Shown: positions 8,995-18,284 of the stretch, piece by piece
Numbering within the stretch: position 1 is the stretch's first letter
Layout of the letters: each line of letters opens with the position of its first letter
NCBI GenBank assembly: GCA_026129255.1
Contig: JAHCIJ010000002.1
Coordinates: 386,234 to 450,233 of the forward strand
Direction: 5' to 3'
DNA length: 64,000 nt
Source of the DNA: Anaerolineales bacterium
GTDB lineage: Bacteria > Chloroflexota > Anaerolineae > Anaerolineales > UBA11579
Position numbers and translations under genes: made by a program
The notes under the pieces: generated by a model
What the model was told of the DNA's origin: nothing
Seen by the model: the letters and a program-made list of their open reading frames with translations, nothing else
Database searches by the model: none

Positions 8995-10504
8995 GCTGGC
9001 TCCTGGGAGTGGACATGTCGATGGAAATGTACTCTGGTCATCAGGTGATATCGAGTTGTGCCTAGGTTCTGGGTGGTGGCTTTGCTTGCAGCCGGGCTGG
9101 CATGATGGGTTGTACTATTATGAAAATGTACAGCCGCACGCCGTGACACTGGTTGAACGCGGCGAGGATGAGGAGACATACGAGTACGATGCCAATGGCA
9201 ACATGATCGGCTGGACTGAAGGTGAAGAGGAGTGGGAGCTAGTTTACAACGCAGAAAATCGACTTTCGTCACTCAGTGACGGCACGGATACATGGAGCTT
9301 CACTTATGACGGTGACGGCAGACGGGTCAGACAAGTTGGCCCTATGGGGGAGGTAACACATTATGTAGGAGGTGCGTACGAAGTGCGCGACGCGGCCGGC
9401 GATGCCGAAGTACTCAAATACTACGGCATTGCCGGCCAGCGCGTGGCCATGGGGGATAGTGAGGGAATTAAGTACTTACTAACAGACCACTTAGGCTCGG
9501 TGAGTGCTGTATTGGACGATACTGGAGCCATGCTGAGCCAGCAGCGCTATACGCCTTATGGTGTGCCACGCTTTGAAGTAGGTATTACCGAGACAGACTT
9601 TGGTTATACCGGACAGCGAATGCTTACAGGCACTGGCTTGATGGATTACAACGCGCGCTTCTATGCGCCGGGTCTAGGGCGGTGGACACAGCCCGACAGC
9701 ATTGTGCCAAGTATTGGAGACCCACAGAATCTAAACCGATTTACTTACGTACTCAATAGTCCTCTTAACTTCATTGACCCGAGTGGGCGCTGTGCGTCAG
9801 GAATCATTCTGGACAGTCAGTGTTTGGCGTTTCATGCTCCAGGCTTGCGTTATAGGCCAGAAAATCAAGGTGCGTGCGCTGGTCAGATTTGTCCGCCGGC
9901 GCGAACAGATACTATGTCTCCGCCTCTGGATATTCCGTTAGTAGTAGGTGGAAATGATTGGCTAACAAAGCGTACGAATACAGATCCGGGTCATATTGGA
10001 GTGGATTATTCTGGAACACCCGGTATACCTGTTCGTTCATTAGGGAATGGCATTGTTGCAACATCTAGCGGATGCACATATTATATGGAGTACAACTGCG
10101 ACTACTATCACATTGAACTAGAAAAGAGAATAACAACACAGTCAAATCAAGGTTATGGTCATGTGGTTGTAATTGAGTATCCATATGGATCATTAAATCC
10201 CACTGTCATAACTGCCTTAGATATTCAGCCTGGCTATTCGTTATATGCGCTATCTGCTCATTTGTTGGACGCCCCGGTTGTGAACTCAGGTGACCCGGTC
10301 GAAGTGGGCGAAGTTATAGGACTTTTAGGCTCTAGTGGGTATTCTTCCGGACCACATTTGCACTTTGAACTTCGACAAGGCCCGACTGGTTATGTTAAGT
10401 CACTGGATTTTTACGGCTATTTATGGTTTGGCCTTCCACCAATTAATCCTCACTTGCTAGAACCGCTATACGGCATTAATCTAGGAAAGGGGATTGGGCA
10501 GTGA
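8987..10504 (+). CDS. Orphan RHS cassette: RHS core fused to an M23 (LytM-type) metallopeptidase tip
   Basis: RHS core 'LQPGWHDGLYYYENVQPHAVT...NFIDPSGRCASG', then M23 motifs 'GHIGVDYSG' (HxxxD) and 'GPHLHFELR' (HxH). The only in-frame start is GTG 8987, which overlaps the upstream stop. Confidence 0.8.
   Translation: MSRLAPGSGHVDGNVLWSSGDIELCLGSGWWLCLQPGWHDGLYYYENVQPHAVTLVERGEDEETYEYDANGNMIGWTEGEEEWELVYNAENRLSSLSDGTDTWSFTYDGDGRRVRQVGPMGEVTHYVGGAYEVRDAAGDAEVLKYYGIAGQRVAMGDSEGIKYLLTDHLGSVSAVLDDTGAMLSQQRYTPYGVPRFEVGITETDFGYTGQRMLTGTGLMDYNARFYAPGLGRWTQPDSIVPSIGDPQNLNRFTYVLNSPLNFIDPSGRCASGIILDSQCLAFHAPGLRYRPENQGACAGQICPPARTDTMSPPLDIPLVVGGNDWLTKRTNTDPGHIGVDYSGTPGIPVRSLGNGIVATSSGCTYYMEYNCDYYHIELEKRITTQSNQGYGHVVVIEYPYGSLNPTVITALDIQPGYSLYALSAHLLDAPVVNSGDPVEVGEVIGLLGSSGYSSGPHLHFELRQGPTGYVKSLDFYGYLWFGLPPINPHLLEPLYGINLGKGIGQ
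9086..9790 (+). repeat. RHS-core recombination module, copy B
   Basis: DNA-level colinearity with 6415-7125. The same conserved blocks appear in the same order, through the DPSG[HR]C[PA]SG junction. Confidence 0.9.
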
Positions 10505-11736
10505 TGAACCTGTTTCGGGTTTTTGTCGTCGCGGCAATTCTTGTAGGGTGTTCAAATTTTGGAGAAACGGAACTCCCGGTTTCCTCAATTGAGACTCCTA
10601 TGATTACAGTCCCGACCAAGACCGTATCAGCCTACCCCGGATTTGCTTATAGCACTAAAGTTCCCTTTGAGGCAAAAGGCAGTTTAATTGCTGTACTCCA
10701 TGATGGAGTGACGGTCTTGGATATTGCTGGGGGACTTATTAAAAGTTTTCCGTTACCTGAAAATTGTTCTCCATTTGTTGTTCCGCAATCTACTGAGTTT
10801 GTTTGTAAAGTGGGTGAAGACTTTATTATGTATGACGCTCTCTCTGGAGTAGAAAAACCCTTGGACGACCTTGAGGCTGACTGGATTAGCGCGACTAAAA
10901 ATGGAAAATTCCTTTTTTATGGCTATCAAACAGAGAAACTGGTAGTGGGGGTTATTGATACTAGCAGTGGCGAACACGTTAGTCAGGGACAGATTGATAT
11001 TTCTGAAGTCTATTCTGGCCCATGGAGTAGGCTTCCATACGGATCATTGACGTTGTCGCCCGACGGCAAATACTTTGCATTCTTAGCACACAGTAATAGT
11101 TTAAATATTGCAGATGTTGTCATCGTTAGCGCCATCGACTATAGTTTGATCGCTGTAGAGAATATGCCCGCTATTCAGGATTCGGGAGCGGGCCTGGCTT
11201 GGTCGTATGATGGGCGATACCTCCTTTATGGTTCTCAAGAATCAGCTTTTGCCCCGGAGATTTGGGCTGATGAACAATATCTTTTTGAAGTTGCAGACTC
11301 CCGAGCAGCATTTGTGCGTGAACTTCAGTTGGATCTTGCCGTGGACGAATTCTGGAGTAATCGCTGGTGGATACCCGGAGATTTGATCCCCCCAGGAAAC
11401 AACTTTTTAGCTGACGTTTGGTCGCCTGATAATGAACACCTTGTGCTTTCCTTTTCACGCTCTGATGAGAGCAATGGAGTTCAATATATACTGCAGGGTT
11501 TCTGTATAACCAAGATTATTGGTGAAAGAAACCTTTGCAAAGATATTGTTTCACAGACGGCAATTGATACATACTATTCTATTGACTCTCTGGGCTGGTC
11601 ACCCCGGGGGGATTTTGTTTATTTCGTCGCGAGGGGTTCAAGGGACACCGATGTTTTTATTTATAGCATTGAAAGAGACGAGTTTTTTCTAATACTTTCC
11701 GAATCGGGCATTGTAAGTGTTGAATGGATACCATAA
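10501..11736 (+). CDS. Exported PD40-like beta-propeller lipoprotein, candidate immunity protein for the M23 tip
   Basis: The start (GTG 10501 / ATG 10504) overlaps the upstream stop TGA. Lipobox 'AAILVGCSN'. Repeats 'LSPDGKYFAFLA', 'WSYDGRYLLYGS', 'WSPDNEHLVLSF', 'WSPRGDFVYFVA'. Confidence 0.75.
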   Translation: MMNLFRVFVVAAILVGCSNFGETELPVSSIETPMITVPTKTVSAYPGFAYSTKVPFEAKGSLIAVLHDGVTVLDIAGGLIKSFPLPENCSPFVVPQSTEFVCKVGEDFIMYDALSGVEKPLDDLEADWISATKNGKFLFYGYQTEKLVVGVIDTSSGEHVSQGQIDISEVYSGPWSRLPYGSLTLSPDGKYFAFLAHSNSLNIADVVIVSAIDYSLIAVENMPAIQDSGAGLAWSYDGRYLLYGSQESAFAPEIWADEQYLFEVADSRAAFVRELQLDLAVDEFWSNRWWIPGDLIPPGNNFLADVWSPDNEHLVLSFSRSDESNGVQYILQGFCITKIIGERNLCKDIVSQTAIDTYYSIDSLGWSPRGDFVYFVARGSRDTDVFIYSIERDEFFLILSESGIVSVEWIP

Positions 11737-11810
11737 TGTGCAAACATGACTTGCATGGTCGGTAGGTTTACTTTCTGAGATATTAAATAAATCATGCATT
11801 ATGCTCGGAG

Positions 11811-11979
11811 GCAAACCTATAACGCAGAAAATCGACTTTCGTCACTCAGTGACGGCACGGATACATGGAGCTTCACTTATGACGGGGACGGCAGACGGGT
11901 CAGACAAGTTGGCCCAACAGGGGAAGTAACACATTATGTAGGGGGTGCGTACGAAGTGCGCGACGCGGCCGGCGATGCC
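11811..11979 (+). pseudogene. Truncated RHS-core remnant (third cassette, both ends missing)
   Basis: 'YNAENRLSSLSDGTDTWSFTYDGDGRRVRQVGPTGEVTHYVGGAYEVRDAAGDA' is nearly identical to 9245-9408. Homology stops abruptly at 11979. Confidence 0.85.
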
Positions 11980-12022
11980 TGGAGGCCACCCCCTTGACAC
12001 CTGACCCTGAATCTGCACAAAC

Positions 12023-12062
12023 CGCAGCCTGCGTGCTATGAATGCCGCAGGCTGCGTTGTTT
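12023..12062 (+). terminator. Hairpin plus T-rich tail at the RHS-locus / phage-like-block junction
   Basis: CGCAGCCTGCG - 12 nt loop - CGCAGGCTGCG followed by TTGTTT. Confidence 0.5.
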
Positions 12063-12089
12063 AACGGCGCAGCACATCAAGGGGGATGT

Positions 12090-12917
12090 ATGTCGTACAC
12101 GTTCAGTGAGTTGCTTCAAGACGCTTATATGGAATTGGGCCAGCTGCGCCGCGGCCTGGCCACGGGCGGTAGCGCCAGCACGCTGGTGGATGCTGCCGAG
12201 TTGGCCGGCCAGCACCGCGAGGATGACTGGAAGGACGGTGCGCTGTTGCTGGCGGCCGGCGGCTCGCCGCCAGCGGGCGAATTCGCCAGCGTGGCGGGTT
12301 TTGTGGCCAGCAGCGGTACGCTGACGCTGGCCAGCAACCTCAGCGAGCCGGTGGAGGCGGGCATGGCCTATGGGCTGGCCTCGGCGCAGTACCCGCTGGC
12401 TACGATGGTCGAGCTGGCCAACAGCGCCCTGCGCGGTCTGGGGGATGTGCCCCAGGTGGACGAAGACGTGCTGCCTTCGAGTCAGCATGCCCTGGCTTGG
12501 GCGCGCCGCCGCCCGGTGCGTATCGATTATCTCGCCGTGCCCGGCGTGAGCGCGGGCGACCCATGGCGCACCCTGCACGATTGGGACTATGTGCCGCGTG
12601 CCCCCGGCTCGCCCGGGCTGGTGCTGTTCGCCGAGCCGTTGCCCGCCGGGCGGCCGCTGCGCGTGTGGTACCTGGCCTCCCACCCGCGCCTGGCCGCGCA
12701 TGAGGATGTGCTGGCCGAGGCGATCGCTCCCGAGCTGGCCGTGGCGGCCGTGGCCGAGCGCGCCCTGCGCTGGCAATGTGTGCGCAAGGGCGGTGACGAG
12801 AAGCTGGGCTTGCTGTGGCAAGACGCCGCCGAGGAGCTGCAGGCCGCTCGCCGCCGCTTCCCGATCTGGCGGCCGCAGCGCCCGGCGCGCTTGCTGCGTC
12901 TGCGGGGCCAGGCGTGA
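12090..12917 (+). CDS. Hypothetical protein, possible phage tail adaptor-type protein
   Basis: ATG 12090 is preceded by 'AGGGGGAT'. There is no recognisable enzyme motif. Position and size fit a virion adaptor upstream of a large propeller-like protein. The family assignment is a guess. Confidence 0.55.
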   Translation: MSYTFSELLQDAYMELGQLRRGLATGGSASTLVDAAELAGQHREDDWKDGALLLAAGGSPPAGEFASVAGFVASSGTLTLASNLSEPVEAGMAYGLASAQYPLATMVELANSALRGLGDVPQVDEDVLPSSQHALAWARRRPVRIDYLAVPGVSAGDPWRTLHDWDYVPRAPGSPGLVLFAEPLPAGRPLRVWYLASHPRLAAHEDVLAEAIAPELAVAAVAERALRWQCVRKGGDEKLGLLWQDAAEELQAARRRFPIWRPQRPARLLRLRGQA

Positions 12918-12990
12918 GCGCACGCGTGTATGCGGGCGTTAGGCGCCACACGCGCGGCCAGCAGCCACGGCTGTCTATGTGGAGCGCCCG

Positions 12991-15537
12991 ATGAGCCGCG
13001 TACGCGTGTATGCCGGGGCCAGTGCGCCAAGCCACGAGCTCAGCCTGAGTGACGGCGTGCTGACCTGGGGGCTGCGCTTGGAGGGTGGCGCCGACGGCAT
13101 CAAGGAGAGTGTGCTCACGCCTTCGGGCTTGCGGCTCAACTGGGTGAGCGGCTTCGGCGCCTGGGAGCCAGGCCTGGCGCAGATCGAGCAGCGCGATTGG
13201 AGCGGCGGCCGCGGTGCGGCGCGCTTTAGCACGCAGGCCGCCCGCCGCTACTACGACAGCCAAGACGCCTGGACGCTGACGCCGGGCCGCGTGCATGCGG
13301 CGCCGCAGTGGCGCTATGCCAGCGGCCTGCGTGCCGCTGCCCAACGCCTGCCGGGCGATGTGCGCTGGCAAGCGCTCATCGGGGCGCAACGCAGCCTGGC
13401 CGCCGCGTTCACCGTTGCTGCAGGCGGCTTGGCCGCCAAGCAGGCGCGTGTGTGGTTGCGCCGCGTCGGTTCGCCTGGCGAGCTGACCGCGCAACTGCAT
13501 GCCGATGCGGCCGGGCAGCCGGGCGCGGCGCTGCCCAACTCGGCTAGCGCCATCACCCAGGCGGATGTGACCGATGTGGTCAGCCAGCTGCGCAGCTTCG
13601 ATGTCTCTGGCTACAGCACACCGCTCAGCGCGGGTGCGTATCATCTCTCGCTGCGCGGCGCGGCCGCCGACAATGCCAGCAATCACTGGGAGATCGGTGT
13701 GCAACGGCGTGCCAGCGGCGGGCACAGCTCACCGGATGGCGGCGCCTGGAGCGCCACCGAGTTCTGCGCCTACTACCGCGTGCAGGATGCCGAGCGTGCC
13801 CGCACCTTCGTGTTTTTTGAGCTGCACGGCGCGCTGTATGCTGCCGACCAGTGTGCGGATGGCACACCCTCGCATGTCTATCTCAACGGCGAACGCGGCG
13901 TGGCGACCGGCGGCGCGGCCAGCGCGCTGACCGACACCGACAAGAACTGGCCGGTAGACCACTGGGCCGGGGCGTGGGTGCGTATCCTGGCGGGCAAGGG
14001 CGCGGGGCAGGCGCGGCGTATCACCGCCAACACGGTCAGCACGCTGGCGGTAGCCAGTTGGGACCAGGCACCGGATGCCACTTCGGAGTACGCCATCTAC
14101 GCCACCCCGCACTGGCAAGACATCTCGCCCGGCACCGGCGATCTGATCGATGGCATCGTGAGCGATGTGACCGTGCTCAATGGCCAAGCATTGTTGGCGC
14201 AAGGCAGCAGCGTGCCGGTCCTGCGCATGCGCTTTAACCCGGCTGCTTCACCGCCCACGCATGAGTTCGACGATGACGGCAGCAACACGGCCGACCTGCT
14301 GCACGCTTTCCAGCACAGTGAGCTGGGGCCGCAAGTGTGGCGCGGCTTTGTAGCCAGCGCGGAAGTGTCGCGCGCCGCGCCCAGCGCCTGGCTCACGCCG
14401 CTCAGTTTTGGCTCGGCGATCCAGCTGGGTGCGGATGGGCAGCCGCTGCACAAGTTGCTGGACTACAACAGCCAGCTATGGGCGGTGAAGGCCGACAGTC
14501 TGTGGATCGTGGAGCGCAGCGAGCATGTGGCGCGCCACCTGGGCCTGGAGGCGCAGCCCCAGCAGCCAACCCCGCCGCTATGTGTGGCGCAAGACAAGCT
14601 ATGGCTGGGCTGGGGCAGTAGCCTGCTGGTGACCGGCGCCAGCGGCCTGGCGGATCTTGGCCCCGGCCGCGGCGAGGGCTTGCCCGCCGGCCGCGGCGGC
14701 CGCGTGGCTGCGCTGGCACAGCTCGGTGTTGGCCGCATGGCGGCCGCCATCGATGCAGGCGAGGGGCACTCCAGTGTGCTGGTGTGGGACGGCGAAGCCT
14801 GGCATGAACTGATGCGTGCGCCGCAGGCTGGCGAGCGCGTGCGCGGCCTGCACTGGCAGGCCTGCCCCGGTACGGCGCCGCGCCTGTGGGTGGCGCTGGG
14901 CGGCGAGCTGGCCTACCTGGCCCTGCCCGCCAGCGGGGACAACCCGCTGGGCGATGGCAGCCTGCGCTACCAGCACGAGGGCGTGCTGGTGGGCAGCACC
15001 ATCGATATGGAAGCTACGCTGCTGCCCAAGTTTCTGACGCAACTCAGCCTGGTCAGCCGCAACCTGGGCGAGGGCGCCCAGGTGGAGCTGGACTACCAGG
15101 TGGATGGCGAGATCGGCGGGCCGCGCTGGCGCCAGGCGGGCGGCTTCTACTCCTCGCCGGTGGACACGCTGACCTTGGACACCGGCGAGCTGTTTGCCTT
15201 CCGCCCGCGGCTGCGCCTGCTCAGCCAGCGCGCCGATGCGCCCGCCACGGTTGAGGCGACCCTGCTGGAAGGCTTCGCGCGCACGCCGCAGAAGTACCAG
15301 TGGGAGCTGAGTGTGCGCCTGGCCGACCTGCAACTGGATGGCGGCGGCGGGCTGGAGCCTGCGCCGGAGGCCTTCCTGGCCTGGCTGCGCAATGCGGCCC
15401 GCAGCGCCGCCCGCATCCACCTGCGTTCCATCTGGGGCGCGCTGGATGACACCTACGTCATCGTTGAGGCGCCTAGCTTGCAGCGTGAGCTGGCCAGCGA
15501 GGGCGGGGTGGCGGTGGTGAAAGTGCGGGAAGGATGA
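12991..15537 (+). CDS. Large hypothetical protein (848 aa), possible phage tail hub/nozzle-like protein with propeller-like repeats
   Basis: ATG 12991 follows GGAG. Repeated blade-like segments 'LWAVKADSLWIV', 'LWLGWGSSLLV', 'VLVWDGEAWHEL', 'RLWVALGGELAYL'. No T7 gp12 'GGxSQQ' motif was seen. Confidence 0.55.
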   Translation: MSRVRVYAGASAPSHELSLSDGVLTWGLRLEGGADGIKESVLTPSGLRLNWVSGFGAWEPGLAQIEQRDWSGGRGAARFSTQAARRYYDSQDAWTLTPGRVHAAPQWRYASGLRAAAQRLPGDVRWQALIGAQRSLAAAFTVAAGGLAAKQARVWLRRVGSPGELTAQLHADAAGQPGAALPNSASAITQADVTDVVSQLRSFDVSGYSTPLSAGAYHLSLRGAAADNASNHWEIGVQRRASGGHSSPDGGAWSATEFCAYYRVQDAERARTFVFFELHGALYAADQCADGTPSHVYLNGERGVATGGAASALTDTDKNWPVDHWAGAWVRILAGKGAGQARRITANTVSTLAVASWDQAPDATSEYAIYATPHWQDISPGTGDLIDGIVSDVTVLNGQALLAQGSSVPVLRMRFNPAASPPTHEFDDDGSNTADLLHAFQHSELGPQVWRGFVASAEVSRAAPSAWLTPLSFGSAIQLGADGQPLHKLLDYNSQLWAVKADSLWIVERSEHVARHLGLEAQPQQPTPPLCVAQDKLWLGWGSSLLVTGASGLADLGPGRGEGLPAGRGGRVAALAQLGVGRMAAAIDAGEGHSSVLVWDGEAWHELMRAPQAGERVRGLHWQACPGTAPRLWVALGGELAYLALPASGDNPLGDGSLRYQHEGVLVGSTIDMEATLLPKFLTQLSLVSRNLGEGAQVELDYQVDGEIGGPRWRQAGGFYSSPVDTLTLDTGELFAFRPRLRLLSQRADAPATVEATLLEGFARTPQKYQWELSVRLADLQLDGGGGLEPAPEAFLAWLRNAARSAARIHLRSIWGALDDTYVIVEAPSLQRELASEGGVAVVKVREG

Positions 15538-15641
15538 CTATTAATCGACTAATCAAATCAATCAATGTCAATGGCCGACCAGTCGACTGGGTCGACTAGT
15601 CGACTGGTCACTTAGTTGAACAAGAATGGAGGTCTTTTTTT

Positions 15642-16067
15642 ATGTACAGCTTCATCTACAACGCAGGCAAGCTGGCCTTGCTTAAGGGCGAAGTACAGCC
15701 ACTGGCGGATACCTTGCGTGCCGCCCTGGTGACGGAAGAGTACGTGGCGGATAAGGACGCGCACGAAGTTTTGGCCGACATCAGCCATGAGGTGACCGGC
15801 GGTGGCTACACCTCCGGCGGCAAAGCGCTGGCGAGCGTCTCGCTGGCCCAGGACAATGCCAATGACCGTGCCGCCATCCTGGCCGATAACGTAGTCTGGC
15901 CGGTGGGCGCCTTCACCGCCCGCGCCGCCGTGCTCTACAAGGACACGGGCAACCCCGCCACCAGCCCGCTGCTGGCCTACATGAACTTTGGCGGCGACCA
16001 CACCGTGAGCGGTGAAGACTTCAACCTGGAGTGGAGTCCGGAGGGGGTGTTGTATTTGGGGGAATAG
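15642..16067 (+). CDS. Hypothetical small virion-type protein (141 aa)
   Basis: Strong SD 'GGAGG' before ATG 15642. The 'NAGKLALLKG...GGGYTSGGKAL...TARAAVLYKDTG..TSPLLAYMNFG' pattern recalls small conserved phage structural proteins. This is from memory only. Confidence 0.6.
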   Translation: MYSFIYNAGKLALLKGEVQPLADTLRAALVTEEYVADKDAHEVLADISHEVTGGGYTSGGKALASVSLAQDNANDRAAILADNVVWPVGAFTARAAVLYKDTGNPATSPLLAYMNFGGDHTVSGEDFNLEWSPEGVLYLGE

Positions 16068-16181
16068 CAATAAGTGAGCAGTGACTAGTGAACGGTGACT
16101 GGGGCATGCGACAGTGGTCTAGGACGACTTCCTGCTCACTCCTCACTAGTCACTCATCACTACTTTATCAAGGAGGAATTA

Positions 16182-17558
16182 ATGTCAACTTGGATCGATA
16201 GCTACTTAGAGCACAATGCCGATCTCGTCGGGCGGGTAGCGGCGCGCAGCGCCTACGCCACGCACTTCGAGCTCGGCGCGGGTGTGCGGCGGGCGCTGAT
16301 CACTTCGGCGCCGCAATACTTCCGCAGCGCGCAGGGCTGGCAGGCTTATGACCTCAGCCTGCGGCAAGACGCCGCCGCCCGCTGGGGCGCACCGGGTGCG
16401 CCGGTGCGCTTGGCGCCCGACGGTACGCTGAGCTTCAGCGAGGGCAGCGCTTACCAACAGCGCACGCGTAGTGTGGGCGTGTTGGTAGACGGCGTGTACA
16501 CACCGCTGGCACAGCTGCCCGCTGGCCGCGCCGTAGGCTCGCGCTTGCGCCGCGAGACCGGCGTGTTTTGCCATGAGCTCGTGCTCACTGAGCACGGCGC
16601 CAAGGAGGAGCTGCGTTTGAGCAGCTTCCCTGAGGGGTTAGATACGGCAGAGGGCTACCTGGTGTATGAGACGCTGCGGCGCGGCAACGATCAGGGTCTG
16701 CTGTTTTCGCCGGGCAGCGCCGTGGATGCAGATGGGCGCGTCTTCCCGGTACAGCACTTCGCCTTTGGCGAAGTACTGTACACCGGCTTGGCCGTGGAGG
16801 ATGTGGCGCGTGCCACATTCCCGCTGGTCATCGATCCCTCGGTGTTCTTCGGCTCCGTGGGCGATGCGTACATCTCCAGCTTTGCGGGCAACTATGCCAC
16901 GTCACGCGCAACCTCCACCTCGTTTGAGTTTGGCACGGCGGATATGTATGTTGGCCAGGCTTACGAATCCGCCATCCCGCGCTATTACACCTTTCGCTCA
17001 GTGATGAAGTTTTCACTGGCTTCCCTGAATCCGCTGGCGGTCATCTTTGCGGCGGCTCTGCATATCGCCTGCATGGTGGATGCCTCTTCCGTGGCCGATT
17101 TTGATGTGCAGATCCTCAAACAGGATTGGTCGGCCCAGGACCCATTGAGCAATGGCAACCGTGAGGCGGTATACGACGCCTGCCTGGCGGGGAGCACAGA
17201 TGCGGTGTGGCGCAACACCGCCGGGCTGGCGACGGGCAGCTTGTTGAGCAGCGCCCCGCTGGACGTCAGCTGGTTGGCGCCTGGCGGCCTGGCGTACTAC
17301 AGTTTGCGCAGCAGCCGTGATGCGGCGGGCATTCCGCCGGCGAGCAACGGCGACGAGTACGTGCGCCTGGCCGCTGGAGCACACAGCACGCCGGCCCTGC
17401 GTCCCGTGCTGATGGTGGATTACTTCGCCGTGCCCAGCGCAACGGGCAAGCTGGTACAGCCCAGCCCGCGGGTGCGCATTCAGGATACGCGCATCAAGCT
17501 GCGCGCCCGCCGCCGCAAAACATTGCTGGCGGCCGAGCGCGCCACAGGCGGGCGATGA
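16182..17558 (+). CDS. Hypothetical protein, possible tail fibre/spike-like protein
   Basis: 'AAGGAGGAATTA' precedes ATG 16182. 'GAKEELRLSSFPEGL...DADGRVFPVQHF...TFPLVIDPS' resembles the N-terminal module of DNRLRE/wall-associated-type surface proteins. Confidence 0.55.
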   Translation: MSTWIDSYLEHNADLVGRVAARSAYATHFELGAGVRRALITSAPQYFRSAQGWQAYDLSLRQDAAARWGAPGAPVRLAPDGTLSFSEGSAYQQRTRSVGVLVDGVYTPLAQLPAGRAVGSRLRRETGVFCHELVLTEHGAKEELRLSSFPEGLDTAEGYLVYETLRRGNDQGLLFSPGSAVDADGRVFPVQHFAFGEVLYTGLAVEDVARATFPLVIDPSVFFGSVGDAYISSFAGNYATSRATSTSFEFGTADMYVGQAYESAIPRYYTFRSVMKFSLASLNPLAVIFAAALHIACMVDASSVADFDVQILKQDWSAQDPLSNGNREAVYDACLAGSTDAVWRNTAGLATGSLLSSAPLDVSWLAPGGLAYYSLRSSRDAAGIPPASNGDEYVRLAAGAHSTPALRPVLMVDYFAVPSATGKLVQPSPRVRIQDTRIKLRARRRKTLLAAERATGGR

Positions 17559-17887
17559 TGGCTGGCAAGACAGTGTGGCTGATCGACAGCCCGGTGAGCA
17601 TGGTGGCCGGGGAGCAAATTGCCTACAGCGTGGATTGGCAGGGCGCTACCAGTGTGGGCGCGCCTACTGCGCTGGTGTATCGCAACGGGGTGGACATCAC
17701 CGCGCAGGCCATGGATGCAGGCGATGCGCACATCATCACCGGCAGTGTGCTGACGCTTAAAAAGCTACGCGCCCTCGATGCAGATGGGGGCGCGAGCTAT
17801 GTGGTGATGATCGCAGCAGTGGTAGACGGCAACCAGGAGCGGCGTAAGCTGCTGGTGCAGGTAGTCTCGCCGAGCGCTGAAACCTAG
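17555..17887 (+). CDS. Hypothetical protein (110 aa), beta-rich
   Basis: ATGA overlap with the upstream stop. No motif recognised. Confidence 0.5.
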   Translation: MMAGKTVWLIDSPVSMVAGEQIAYSVDWQGATSVGAPTALVYRNGVDITAQAMDAGDAHIITGSVLTLKKLRALDADGGASYVVMIAAVVDGNQERRKLLVQVVSPSAET

Positions 17888-17901
17888 CCGTGGCGAAACG
17901 T

Positions 17902-18228
17902 TTACCTTCGCGGAGTCTTAGCCTTCGGCTTGGCCTTCGGCTTAGCCTTGGTCTTGGCCTTGGCGGTGGGTTTTTCCGCTTCGGGGCGAGCTTCTTGGTT
18001 GGTCAAACCCGCCGAGCCTGCGCCGAAGGCGGCGCCAATCGCCACGCCCAAAGCAATGCCCAGGCCGATGTTGTCCAGCGCCACGCCCAGGGCAACGCCG
18101 ACGCCCAGGCCGATGGCCAGGCCGGCCCCGAGGGAACGGCCCGCCGCGTCTTCCGTCTTCTTGGGGGTCGCCTTCGCCGCAGAGGTTTTCTTCGCCGCAG
18201 TTTTCTTTGTGGTTTTCTTGGTAGCCAT
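17902..18228 (-). CDS. Small membrane protein with a Gly-zipper core and Lys-rich tails
   Basis: SD 'AAGGAGA' lies upstream of the ATG at 18228. 'LGAGLAIGLGVGVALGVALDNIGLGIALGVAIGAAFGAG' is flanked by 'KKTTKKTAAKK' and 'KAKTKAKPKAKPKAK'. Confidence 0.6.
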   Translation of the reverse strand: MATKKTTKKTAAKKTSAAKATPKKTEDAAGRSLGAGLAIGLGVGVALGVALDNIGLGIALGVAIGAAFGAGSAGLTNQEARPEAEKPTAKAKTKAKPKAKPKAKTPRR

Positions 18229-18284
18229 TTCTCAATCTCCTTGTTTGGGGATTGTAGTGCAAATCTTTATGGGGGTGTTTGAAC

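Noticed and set aside
11794-11997. 67-aa ORF as an independent small gene.
   Set aside because: Its body is a truncated copy of the RHS core with breakpoints at both ends. The ATG and the tail ('WRPPP') are fortuitous.
12036-15420. Long minus-strand ORFs (12036..12923, 12400..13725, 14599..15420) opposite the phage-like genes.
   Set aside because: They have Arg/Ala/Gly/Pro-rich, low-complexity translations typical of antisense frames in very GC-rich coding DNA. The plus-strand genes have SDs, coupled starts and sensible composition.
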